DNA from: Leucoraja ocellata
Lineage: Eukaryota
Direction of reading: 5' to 3'
Length of the DNA: 64,000 nt
Assembly: GCA_036785375.1 (NCBI GenBank)
Contig: JAWMAR010000269.1
Location: forward strand, 2,418,001 to 2,482,000
Below are positions 38,730 to 50,400 of this stretch, piece by piece (the stretch's first letter is position 1; each line of letters starts with the position of its first letter). Position numbers and translations under genes: made by a program. The notes beneath the pieces were generated by a model that saw only the letters and a program-made list of their open reading frames with translations, made no database searches and had not been told where the DNA came from.

Positions 38730-39449
38730 TATACCATGATTGATTTTGCAACTCAATTTAATCCCGTAATGAAGAAACAAAAACAAGCTATGCATTTGAA
38801 TTCCTAGGTGAGAATTTTACCTTTGATTGCGACAAACAAGTCTAAATCATAGTTCAATTGCTTGTAAAATATTCTAAATAAACTAACAACTTTAAAATAA
38901 AAATTAAACTTTAAAATTGCATTCCAAGTGCAATTCATGTTTGCACTGGAGAGCTTTTCATTGAGAGTCTGTTCCATTAGATGTTTGAAATTGTGCTTTG
39001 TGCAAGACATTTGAAGAGCATGGTTGCAAGGATGTCGCTTGCGTTTGATAATGTCTTGTGCTTGAATCCATTGATCTAACTGTGACGATTTAAAATTCTA
39101 ATGTACTTATAATTGTCCTTAAATCTCTTTACTTGTCATAATCAATACCATTTTTAATCTGGGAGTTCTTCTATAAATACAATTGCAGTAAACTACTGCA
39201 ATTGAGCAAAAATCAAATAACTGATAACACTGAAAGGCGCCAAGCAGCAGATATACTTGAGTTTGGCAAGCTGCCAGGTTGAAACCCAATCATTTCTTTC
39301 AGAGCTGGTCTAGTAATTCCCAAAATACCTGCCCTCGCAGTTGACAAAGGCTCCTGTGCTCTACCAGTAATAATATTATAGTTGTATCCTGTATTTAGTT
39401 GGTTTATATTATCTATACAAAGTAAAGAAGAATTTCACATCCACTATAT

Positions 39450-39515
39450 TTGAGTTATTCTAGCTTTTTGTGTCTATCTTCGGTTTAAACCAGTATCTGC
39501 CGTTCCTTCCTACAC
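39450..39515 (+). mobile_element. Penelope-derived tail fragment
   Basis: tgtgtctatcttcggtttaaaccagtatctgccgttccttcctacac, matching 32712-32758. Confidence 0.7.
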
Positions 39516-40965
39516 TGTTGATTGTTTGGCTGATTTCATTAATTTGGAATCAAGGTTTTTTTTAATTGCTTACCTCATTGCAAAGTCAGATTCAGCATGA
39601 ACTTTGTGCTCCAGAGTTTTCTTTATTAACCTTGTTGTAAAAATAAGTTATGAAGGAATTACCATTGGTTTGAGCTGAACACCATTTTGTAATTGCAACA
39701 GTCACATCTTTGGGTATTGCTCGACTGAAAATACAGCCTCTTAGTACTTTAATGTGACATCCAAATCCTTATTTGTCTCCAGTATTGACTCCCTTTTATC
39801 ATATTACTTTATATGGTGTTTCACATTGATTCATATTTCCTCATGCCAAACGTGCTCAATGATTAACATCCATGTTTCAATATTTTTACAATTTGTGTGT
39901 TGAGCACATAATTAATCAACTGTTAATTTATCCTTTCCTTATGTCCGATTCTCATTCTATAGTTACCCTGGTCAATAGTTACTGGTTCGGACATCCAATC
40001 CTCATCCCTTGTATACTTGTGCACCCAGTCAATACAGCAACTAATGCAACTAATTGACTAACTGCTAGCCTCATTTTGGGCCACCTCATTGTGACTAACT
40101 GTCTAGTCTGGCGTGTAACTCTGCACTTGTTGCTGTCTCCTACCATTAACAACCTCTTAACTCTTTGATTGTTTACTCAATATATTTGTATCGGATGCAC
40201 AATGCGACTTTGTCTCATGTTCCTATGATGGTGCATCAGCACCAGAGTCTGAACAACAATATGTGATGAGTGTTTAATTGAGGTGATGCAGAATTAATGA
40301 AAAGGGGTATTTTGTTTGATCCACAGTTTTAAGACAGTTTGGTGATGCAGTTTTCTCCCTTGTCTTTGATTTGGCCCAACTTTAGTTTGACCTTTCTGCA
40401 ACACACATAAACACAGTGGCCAAAGTAGCATTGTGCCTCCGTGCATAGACCCACAGATCCAAGAAGTCATTTTTGGAAGGCATCAATCCATATTTGATGT
40501 TACTGATATCTCTTCATCATTAATCAGATGCTGTAGGCACTTGCCATGCTTGTTGTTTATTAACCCCATTCCAGAATCTTCAATCACACAAATCATTACC
40601 TCCTAGCACTGTCTCTGAAGATGGCTTCTACTCTAACTGTAAGTTCCCATTAAAAAAACTCCCATTAGCAAGAATGGCACCAATACCACTGGAATGGTCC
40701 TGATCATCATCCTATCCAATCAGAATGCCATTCCCATTTAGCAAGGTCTATCTCAACTAATGTTCTCATTCCAAATGAACCATTAATGTAATTACAGTTT
40801 ATGGATATGGGAAACGCTAGTCTCATCGTCCATTATCTTGGCTTTTTAGTTAATAACCAATACAAACTCTGAATATACACTGGATTTGATGACTCTTGAA
40901 GGATTATGGTTTCCATTAGCTTAATCTTTCATTCATTGCATCCTTCCAATCTCCGCCACCAACAT

Positions 40966-41067
40966 AGATAGACATTCTGAAGAAGGGTCCTGACCCGAAA
41001 CGTCACCCATTCCTTCTATTCAGAGATGCTGCCTGCCCCGCTGAGTTACTCCAGGATTTTGTGTCTA
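40966..41067 (+). mobile_element. Penelope-derived short element with TSD
   Basis: Flanked by tccgccaccaacat (40952-40965) / tccgctaccaacat (41068-41081). Confidence 0.9.
40977..41005 (+). ncRNA. Minimal type I hammerhead ribozyme motif
   Basis: CTGAAGA-A-GGGT(CCTG)ACCC-GAAA-CG-TC. Confidence 0.75.
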
Positions 41068-41449
41068 TCCGCTACCAACATGCCAGTTGACTTGTCACCT
41101 TGTCATGTTCTAATGACGCCACAGGTTCTCACCCCCTGGTTGATCATTTTTTGCCAACAATTCAATACCTCTCATAGTGTATTTCTACATGTTATCTAAA
41201 TAAATACAGTTTCCTTCTGACATCTTGCCATTCTGTTCCTATGCATTTCTGCCAAATCTTATGCTCTTTATTACTTAGCTTCTCTGACACCTTTCTCTGC
41301 TCATATTTTGTTTCTAATTTTACAACAGCAATTCCTTTTACTAATTTAACATGAATTAATTGTAAATAGCTCCCTTGGCATTATTGTGTTGACCTATCCA
41401 AGCTCATTTTTATGGCCCCCTTGCAGAAAATCTGTTCAAGCCCATGTAA

Positions 41450-41627
41450 AGGGCAGTATGGCGGCGGAGCAGTAGAGCTGCTGCCTTGCAGCGCGTACCG
41501 TACTAGAGATCTGGTTTTGATCCCGACTATGGGTGATGTGTGTACGGAATTTGTACATTCTCCACGTGACCGCGTAGGTTTTCGTCGATTTTCTCCCACA
41601 CTCCAAAGATGTACAGATTTGTAGGTT
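41450..41627 (+). mobile_element. V-SINE/HE1-like SINE, 5' part
   Basis: Head and V-domain, truncated at tttgtaggtt. Confidence 0.8.
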
Positions 41628-42110
41628 TAGTATTTAGGATTGTCATGTGTATGGAGATGTAGTGAAAAGCTTTGATTTACATACTTTCCAATCAGATCAG
41701 ATAATACTATACACACATACAAGCAACTCAAACTCAAGTCCAGCTGGTGAAGATACAGGGTGCAGAATATAGTTCTCTCCAATGAAACGCATTAGTACCC
41801 TAGACAAAGTCCAATGTCCTCAATGATGTCGAGGTGAATTGGGCAGTGCCCTAGCTTAAGGACGATTATTCAGCATCCTGATAACAGAGGGGACAAAGCT
41901 GTTTCTCAGTCTGGTGTTTATCAGGCTGTTTCTCAGTCTTTCAAGCTTCTGTACCTTTTGCCGAACAGAAACCGGGAGAAGAAAAAAGGGACAAGTGTAG
42001 GTGGAGTCAATGGTGGGAAGTTTGGTCCATGCGATGGACACTGGGCTGCATTTCCTACTCTTCGCAATTTCTTGTGGTCTTGGGCAGAACAGTTCTCAAA
42101 CCAAGTTGAG
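41627..42110 (-). mobile_element. Rex1/Babar-like LINE 3' fragment
   Basis: ORF 41856-42041 TRLRNSFVPSVIRMLN; tail ttgtcatgtg at the left end. Confidence 0.7.
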
Positions 42111-42189
42111 AAGCAACATTTTGTAGAAATAAAGAAGATGAAAAGTAACTCCTAAATGTAACTAGTGCCCGGAATCTTAGTTCCCTTTC

Positions 42190-42498
42190 TTTTGTTTAGT
42201 TTATTTTAGTCTAGAGATACAACGCAGAAACAGGCCTCTCAGCCCACCAAGCCCGCGCCGCCCAGCGATCCCTGTACACTAGTACTATCCTACACACTAG
42301 GGACAATTTGCAGTTCTTACTGGAGCCAATTAACCAATACACCTCGTACTTCTTTGGAATGTGGGAGGAAACCAGAGCGCCTGGAGAAAACTCACAGTCA
42401 CAGTGAGTAAATACAAACCCCGTACAGACAGCATCCATAGTCAGGATCAAACCCGGGTCTCCGGTGCTGTAAGGCAGCAACTCTGCCACTGTGCCGCA
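42190..42498 (-). mobile_element. V-SINE/HE1-like tRNA SINE
   Basis: Near full-length reverse complement of the family. Confidence 0.9.
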
Positions 42499-43227
42499 GT
42501 GTGTAATGTTCTATATGGCAGACCTATCTGTTTATGAAGGCTTCAAGTGCTCTATTCAATTTTAACAAGACAAATTGAGAAATGCTTCAAGTAATGCATT
42601 TAATGCTTTTAAACTCAAAATGTCTATTACGACACTTACAAAAAAAACGTAAGATATGTGTATTTTAAATTAAATTGCATATTTAGCTACAAAGATGAAA
42701 GATGTAATAGTCTATGGGTTGTAATGCTTGGATTTGTTCCAGCTTTCTATGTGTTTGCACTTTGCACGATGAGCCCAACATGGACATTCTACCTCATCTG
42801 TGACCGTCTTGTGAGGTCTTTCAGAGGCTTTTTGTCACCTAATCCAGCGCTTGCAAGGTTACCAGTAATGTATGGTAATAAAATGCAGAGCCCAGAAACT
42901 ACTGTTCATGTTATTGGTAGACAGATATTTAATATGCATATATATCATTTTGTACACCTTTTAACACAGGTATTAAGTATTTAATAGAAGCAAGTTAACA
43001 TCAGTAGTTAAAAGATGGGAAAGAGGAATAAGAGGTCACAGATTGTAATGTTCAGTGTGATCTGATGTGTAAAACTGTATTGGAATACTAACTTCTCTGG
43101 AAAAGGATTTGGCCGTGGATCCAGACTTCTGGCCAACCTTATTTTTAAGCCAGTCGGATGTAGCAGCTCAGACTGATCAATCACAAGCACATTGACATTG
43201 TTATTGTCGACATAACCAAAATGCTTG

Positions 43228-43535
43228 TGTGGCACGGTGGTGCAGTGGTTGAGATGCTGCCTTGAAGCACTTACAGCGCCAGAGACCCGGGTTCGATCCC
43301 GACTACGGGTGCTGTCTGTTTGGAGTTTGTACGTTCTCCCTGTGACCACATGGGTTTATTCTGGGGTCTTCGGTTTCCCCCCACACTCCAAAGACGTACA
43401 GGTTTGTAGGTTAATTGGCTTGGTATAAATGTTAATTATCCCTGGTGTGTATGGGGTGGTGCTAATGTGCGGGATCGCTGGTCGGTCCGGACTCAATGGG
43501 CTGAAGAGCCTGTTTCTGCGCTGTATCTCTCAGCT
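43228..43535 (+). mobile_element. V-SINE/HE1-like tRNA SINE
   Basis: A-box ggcacggtggtgcagtgg; B-box ggttcgatccc; V-domain; LINE-derived tail. Confidence 0.9.
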
Positions 43536-43934
43536 CTATTACTCTGCCTCAAAAAATAGCATTAGTAAGTTGTTTTGGCGAGCAGATCAGGCTGTTAAAA
43601 CTAATGCGATCGTCAGTTTAGAGGCATGTAATTATAAATTGCTATCACATTCATAGAACAAGAATGATACATCAGAGGTGATTGATGCCCTTCAAAACTA
43701 GGGACAATCTCGCCACAAAGATAATAAAAGTTTCCAAATCGCATAAACATGCCCTGGATTTCATAAAGCTAAAACTATGTTCTGAAAGAAGTAAAATACA
43801 TAAATTCAAGAGAGCACACTTGCATGCCAGATCTGCAATGATTATATGACTTGCTAAAACAATGTGCCTTAATGCAGGTTATATCTCTTAATGCATTCAC
43901 AAGGTTATCTGTTTACAACAAGTATGTACATTGT

Positions 43935-45043
43935 AGTTTAAGAGGGAACTGCAGATGCTGGAGAATCGAAGGTTACACAGAAAAGCTGGAGAAACTCAGC
44001 GGGTGCAGCAGCATCTATGGAGCGAAGGAAATAGGCAACGTTTCGGGCCGAAACCCTTCTTCAGACTGATCAGGGGTGGGGGTGGGTGGGGACAAGAAAG
44101 GGAAAAGGAGGAGTAGCCGGAAGGCTGGAGGGTGGGAGGAGAAGGCTGGAGGGTGGGAGGAGACAGCAGGGGAGCTGAGGAAGGGGAGGAGACAGCAAGG
44201 ACTAACAGAATTGGGAGAAGTCGATGTTCATGCCCCCGGGGTGCAGACTCCCCAAACGGAATATGAGGTGCTGTTCCTCCAATTTCCGGTGCTGCTCGCT
44301 GTGGCCATGGAGGAGACCCAGGACAGAGAGGTCGGAGGCGGAGTGGGAGGGGGAGTTGAAGTGCTGAGCCACCGGGAGGTCAGCTAGGTTATTGCGGACC
44401 GAGCGGAGGTGTTCGGCGAAACGATCGCCCAACCTCCGCTTGGTCTCACCGATATAGATCTGCTGACATCTAGAGCAGCGGACGCAATAGATGAGGTTGG
44501 AAGAGATGCAGGTAAACCTCTGTCGCACCTGGAACGATTGCTTGGGTCCCTGAACGGAGTTGAGGGGGGAGGTAAAGGGACAAGTGTTGCATCTCCTGCG
44601 GCCGCAAGGGAAAGTGCCCGGGGAGGGGGTGGACCGAGAGGGAAGGGAAGAATTGACAAGGGAGTTATGGAGGGAGCGGTCTTTGCGGAAGGCAGATATG
44701 GGGGGAGATGGGAAGATGTGGCTAGTAGTGGGGTCACGTTGGAGGTGGCGAAACTGACGGAGGATTATTTTTTGTATGTGATGGCTGGTGGGGTGAAAGG
44801 TGAGGACTAGGGGGACTCGGCCCTTGTTGCGAGTGCGGGGATGGGGAGAGAGAGCAGTGTTGCGGGGTATGGAAGAGACCCTGGTGCGAGCCTCATTTAT
44901 GGTGGAGGAGGGGAACCCCCGTTCCCTGAATAGTGAGGACATTTCAGATGTCCTGGTGTGGAACGCCTCATCCGTGGAGCAGATGCGGCGTAGACGGAGG
45001 AATTGGGAGTAGGGGATGGAGTCCTTACAGGAAGTAGGGTGGG
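43935..45043 (-). mobile_element. 5'-truncated Penelope-like element (Neptune-type): RT C-terminus, Cys linker, GIY-YIG endonuclease and hammerhead-bearing 3' end
   Basis: ORF 44202-45137: HPTSCKDSIPYSQFLRLRRICS...CGRRRCNTC...NLIYCVRCSRCQQIYIGETKRRLGDRFAEH...VAQHF...EEQHLIFRLGSLHPGGMN; similarity is lost beyond ~45043. Confidence 0.93.
44037..44064 (-). ncRNA. Minimal hammerhead ribozyme motif in the Penelope 3' end
   Basis: Minus strand CTGAAGA-A-GGGT(TTCG)GCCC-GAAA-CG-TT. Confidence 0.75.
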
Positions 45044-45323
45044 TAGCCTCTGTCAATTGAATCCTATGTAAACGATGTGTTTGTATGTTAGTTTCTTCCA
45101 ATGATCGCTTGTCAGTCTGTGGCTGTCCCTCTTGCACTTAAAAATGCCTCGTCCATTGTAGAACTTCTCCCATTTTCATTTCCATTGAAAGCAGACAGAT
45201 TCAATACTGAGCTGCCAATGGGCAAAGCAAGTTAAATGTCTCAGCGGTTCATTCGGTGGAGCATCTCTTTAGTTTGTCAAGGAAAATAGGCTTTTCCTCA
45301 TACGGACTGTTCTGGGTGACTTA

Positions 45324-45845
45324 AGGGGCTGTCCCACGGGTGACCTAATTGGTGAGTTTAGAAGAGTTTAAAAAACTAACATGTTGAAGACCTTCTTCGA
45401 CTATGTTGAAAGCCAGCTTCGACTATCTACGACTAGCTACGACTAACTTCAGGAAAATTGGACACCGAATAGTGGAGTGTGAAGACGACCTCCTTCTATC
45501 TCCTTTGACCTCCCTTCGACTATGATGAAGACTATCTACAACTACCTTTGACTACCCTCGATTACCTACGACTAACATGCCGACCTACTACGACCTACTA
45601 AACCTACGAGTAAAAAAAGTATCGATTTTTTTCCATGACAAGCTTTTTTTACTTGCGGGCATTTTTTAACATATTGAAAAAAACGCCGCGACCTAGCTGA
45701 GGCCTTGAGTACGCGGAGACCATTCTCGAGAATGAAGGAGAGTTACGAAGACTTCCTATGACCTCGTGTCGACCATGCTGCAAGTATGAGTCGAGGGCAA
45801 ACCCGCCAGAACTCGAGATTAGGTCGCCCAAGTGGGACAGGCCCT
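45324..45845. mobile_element. PIF/Harbinger-like MITE
   Basis: TIRs aggggctgtcccac..gggtgacctaat / attaggtcgcccaagtgggacaggccct; 3-bp TSD TTA (45321-45323, 45846-45848); interior rich in cgact(a) repeats. Confidence 0.8.
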
Positions 45846-45867
45846 TTACATTTTTTTCGTGGCGACT

Positions 45868-46626
45868 CGAGGAACTGCAGATGCTGCTTTATAAAAAAGA
45901 CACCAAAGACACGGGCAGCGTCTCTGGAGAACGCTGGAGACATTTTAGATCGGGACTCTCCTTCAGGCCAATTGTAGTGGGGATGATACATGTGGAGGGG
46001 GAGAGAGGGTTGATTGGCGGATGGATGGACAAAGGCCAAAGATGAAAAGACAAAAATTGTGAGATAAGGAGATAAGAATATAAAATGTGCTAATTGTGAA
46101 GCCAGTGGAAAGAATATAGGTGGATGGGGCTGGGGGGAGTTGGAAGGGTGGCAATGGGTGCAAATCAAGGTGGGGCACAGGGAAGCGGGCAGGGGACAGC
46201 ACCTCATATTTCACTTGGATAGTTTACAGCCCAAAGGTATGTACATTAAATTCTCTAATTTGACTAACTAATCTCTATAAATGAACCTCTTTCTCCTCCC
46301 CTCCTCCTCCCTGTGCCCCATTGGGATTTGCACCCATTTCTCCCCCCCCCCCCCCCCCCCCCATCACCTTCCACCTATATTTCTTCATCTGGCATCACAA
46401 CATGTACCTCGTATATCCTTATCTCCTTATCACACACATTTGTTCTCATGCCTGGCTTTTGTCAATCAACCTCCTTCCCCCTCACCTGTATCCACCTATC
46501 ACTTGTCAGGTTTTGTCCTGCCCCCACCTTTCTTTCAGCTCTACCCCTCACTGCAATCAGTCTGAAGAAAGGCCCCAACCCAAAATGTCCGGCCTGAACC
46601 ATTGAGTTACTCCCACTCTTTGTGTA
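45868..46626. mobile_element. Penelope remnant with an inverted 5' copy of its tail
   Basis: 45868-46197 is a minus-strand tail; 46198-46626 is plus-strand, with the GIY-YIG C-terminus (HLIFHLDSLQPKGMYIKFSN), tail and a degenerate hammerhead at 46562-46590. Confidence 0.8.
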
Positions 46627-48656
46627 CAATTTTTCATGCTCTTCTATTCATTTACTTGGATTCAGTTTTTTTAATCTAACAGACCTGTGTATTTGCAGTC
46701 ATTACTCTAACAATGGGATAACGTTATTGTATTTATAAAGTGAAAAATATAATGAAAACATAAAAATTACTAATTAATGTAGATACCTTGAATTTTCTGT
46801 CTTAAAACTTATAGTTGTAGATAAATACTCTAACAAAGTCATAGAACCTTATTGCATAAAAGGAAGTCATTTGGCATATTGTGTTTACAGCCTTCCCCTC
46901 AAAGACCTATTCACTTAGTTCGATTCCTTTAACTCTCTTATATTGTTTATATTTCAAGTATTTATCCATTTTCTTTATAAACAAGATAATGATATTTTGT
47001 TTCCACCGCAGTATTTCATACAATGTTCTTTCTCTGGTCCATTAACTGTCCAGAGAAAATGTAGCCAACCTCTCCTGTTCTCCTGTTGTGATGTTGAAAT
47101 AAGTTAAACATTTCTCCTCAATTTCACACAACCTTCGATGATGGGGTATTAAAGCCAGAATCTACAGCTTACAATTGTTTTTATTTTTTAACGCACATGA
47201 AACAAATCTTGATATTTAATATGTAATATAATTAGCATGTAAAATAGGAAAATATGGGTATGAAATGTGGTTGTGTAAAATCTGATAACATATTAAAATT
47301 ATATTGTGAAATATTGATATTCCAGCTCTTTACCTGTGTGGAATATTGAAAGAAAACAGTCACTTGCGTCAATATAATTGGGTGGAACCAAAGTTACATT
47401 CCATACCAATGTAGCACTGATTGCTATTGGAATTACTCCATAAAATCATTCAACATATTTTCTTGACATATATTGGACAGCTGATTTGATTTACTTTGAA
47501 AGCTAGTTCACTTTGATAATTATCTAATGCAATTTCTCATTGTTGTATTAAATAATTGAAGAAGGATTTTGATATGGTGTTACGAAGCTCCATTAAAATA
47601 ACTCAAAATGCTCTTTCTACTTGCTAACAAAGCATTTTTATAACAAGAATATATATGTGCAAACCTACACATACTTATTCAATGAGCATTATTTTCCAGC
47701 AGAAACAATGGTGGGGTTATTGGTGTTACAATGTTGAAGCATATATTAAACGGTGAGTTATATCAACTGCATTAGCACAATAAAAATTCCAGATGAGGAG
47801 GGTACTACTGAAGTTCCTGCTCCTTGAGTGCAGAATTCAACCAACATGGTATCTTGAAGAAAGGATTAGCGTTCAAATATACAGAATGACACAAGGTTTG
47901 CTACAGTCTTGTTATGAAGAGCCATGAAACTCATTTGAAAAGATAACGACTTGTCAACTCCAGTATAGGTAATTTTCTCACAGTGCAATGTCTACATTTT
48001 TGAAAACTTAAGCTGCAGATCATTGCAATTGAATGTTTGCAAGACTAAAATCTAACTCCTCTGAATGTTATTTACTGTTAGAACGAACAAATATCGGAAA
48101 TTACATGAATGTAAATTGAAATACTCAATTTAATCTTCTCCTTCTCTCTATGTTGCTTTCTATAGTTAATTTCATATTGAATTAAACTTTCTAACTTACA
48201 CTTCCTGATTAAAATTTTGAGTTCATTGATAATTATTTAATCCAATTACTTAATGAATATCTGATTTTTTTTCCTGTCTGTAGTGGACCAACCTTTCTTG
48301 AAAAGGGATAATGGAACTTGTAGTTGTTGAAAAGTGAAAATCTGCAGGTGTTGGTAATCTGAAATAAGATCAGAGAATACTGAAAATACTCAGCAAGTCG
48401 AGCAGTAGCCACTGGAAGACAACTAATGAAGGGTCATGTAGCAGAAAAATTAACTAGCAGATTGTTGTAATTTTTGCAATGTCCTTTTGATATTTCCTCC
48501 AACATGTACCTCGGTCTTCAGCCACCTTGATTTGTGCCATGTGATAGCAAGAAATTACTGGAAATGACTGAGGGTAATGGATACTATAACTGATGCCGGA
48601 CCAGACAATATCCCCACTGCCGTATCATAATTACGCTGGAAATGTCATCAAGGAAC

Positions 48657-48862
48657 AGTTGCCTCAGAGAGTGGTGGAGGCAGGTTCTCTTGATGCTTTC
48701 AAGAGAGAGCAAGATAGGGCTCTTAAAAGTAGCGGAGTCAGGGGATATGGGGAGAAGGCAGGAACGGGGTACTGAGTGGGGATGATCACCCATGATCACA
48801 TTGAATGGCGGTGCTGGCTCGAAGGGCCAAATGGCCTACTCCTGCACCTATTGTCTATTGTC
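48657..48862 (+). mobile_element. CR1-like LINE 3' fragment
   Basis: LPQRVVEAGSLDAFKREQDRAL plus 3' UTR, same family as 33150-33435. Confidence 0.85.
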
Positions 48863-48904
48863 ACTTATGCTGAACCATCTAAATACTGACAATACTGACA
48901 TCTA

Positions 48905-49740
48905 CAGAAAAATGTGGAAAATTGACCAAATGTTTTCACAGACGGGCAAAGGTAATGTGGGTAATTACTGCCCCACCGGCTTACTCACCGGCCTACTCAC
49001 CGGCCTACTCACCGGCCTACCCACCGGCCTACTCACCAGCCTACCAAAGGAACGGATCATGGCACCAATAATGCTTTTAACTCACAATTACTTGTTAATA
49101 GTAAATGTTTACCAATGCTCAGTGTGGATTTCACCAGGTGCACTCAATACAGATTGCAATCATGCAAATGTCATTGCGCTGAAATCCAGAGGTGAGGGGA
49201 GAGCGACTGCTGCAGAATTCTAACACGCATTTGAACAAGTGCATCCTCAGAGATCCTTGATAAAGTTGAGGTCAACAGGCATCAGAGAGAAAACTCTCCA
49301 TGTGTAGTCATAACCACCACGTGATTGTCATAGATCAACTGTCCCTGCCCCAGGACATCTCTGCAGGAGACCCTCAGGGCAGTGTCTGAGACCCACCAAT
49401 GATAATGTCTCATCGGTCACTTTCCTTCCATTGTAAGGTCAGAGGTGTGGATGTTTGCTGATGACCAATGCTATTTACAGCTCCTCAGGAACCAAAGAAC
49501 TCCTGCATGCATATGAGATTGAGAGAGAATTGCAAATACTGGAGCATTCTAGGAATCACAATTAACTTGAAATTAATAGGACCATCTTCATGGATACTTT
49601 GACTATAAAACCAGCTCAGAGGCCAGGTATTATGCAATGAGTGACCCTGCTGTATCTACAGCCACTTGCACCTGAAAGTCTATGGTGGCTTAGAGAACTC
49701 AGGTTTGTAATAACTGCTGGCCCTTCCAGTAACGCTTACA
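48905..49740 (+). mobile_element. Old CR1/L2-type LINE RT remnant
   Basis: Degenerate NYCPTGLL (NYRPISLL-like), ISAGDPQGSV and MFADD motifs. Confidence 0.6.
48974..49045 (+). repeat. 12-bp minisatellite (CACCGGCCTACT) x6
   Basis: Direct reading. Confidence 0.95.
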
Positions 49741-49914
49741 TTGCATAAATAAATACAAAATAAAACTGAGTCTTTAGTATATTATTATATACTGTCCATG
49801 TTATACCCCTGCCTTTTTATATGTGAGCAGCCAAAAAACTAAGAATCTATTTTTGCCCTTAATAATTTAACATTAAATTAATATCACTAAAGATGCAAAA
49901 GGAAATCTATCAAC

Positions 49915-50246
49915 ATACAAATTAGAAACAGGTGCCAGGCATTCTGTTCCTCATGCCTACTCAGTTATTCAATAAAATTGTAGCTGGTCTGATTTTAACC
50001 TCAAACCCGCATTGCTACCTCCTGCCTTTCACCCTTTTGCTTAACAATTATCCATTTACCACTACCTTATAAATATTCACCCCCTTTAGGGATGAGAATT
50101 CCAAAGAGTCTTATTCTCCTGAGTGAAAATAAAGCAACTCATTGCTATCTTAAACGAGTGACCTTATTTTTAAGTAGTGACACCTAGTTCTACAAGAGGA
50201 AGCAATTCATCCACATCCACCCTGACAATACCCTTCAGGATTTTGT
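49915..50246 (-). mobile_element. Old CR1-like LINE 3' fragment
   Basis: Degenerate reverse tail (ttcaataaaattgtagctggtctg...gagaattccaaagagtc). Confidence 0.5.
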
Positions 50247-50400
50247 GCAAGAAAGAACTGCAGATGCTGGTTTACACTGAAGATGGACACAAAATGCTGG
50301 AGTAGCTCAACGGGTCAGGCAGCATCTCTGGATCAGCCTGATAAACGGTCTCAACCCGAAACGTCACCTATTCATTTTCTACAGAGATGCTGCTTGTCCC
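50247..50400. mobile_element. Fold-back Penelope-derived element
   Basis: Minus arm 50247-50331, then a plus-strand degenerate hammerhead at 50338-50366 and tail; flanks cccttcaggattttgt / cctttcaagattttgt. Confidence 0.8.

Noticed and set aside
45044-45137. N-terminus of the 311-aa ORF as a standalone or domesticated GIY-YIG gene
   Set aside because: Flanking sequence read through in frame from a non-ATG start; the element is 5'-truncated
48974-49045. CRISPR-like or coding repeat
   Set aside because: Tandem units without spacers, in a eukaryotic LINE remnant
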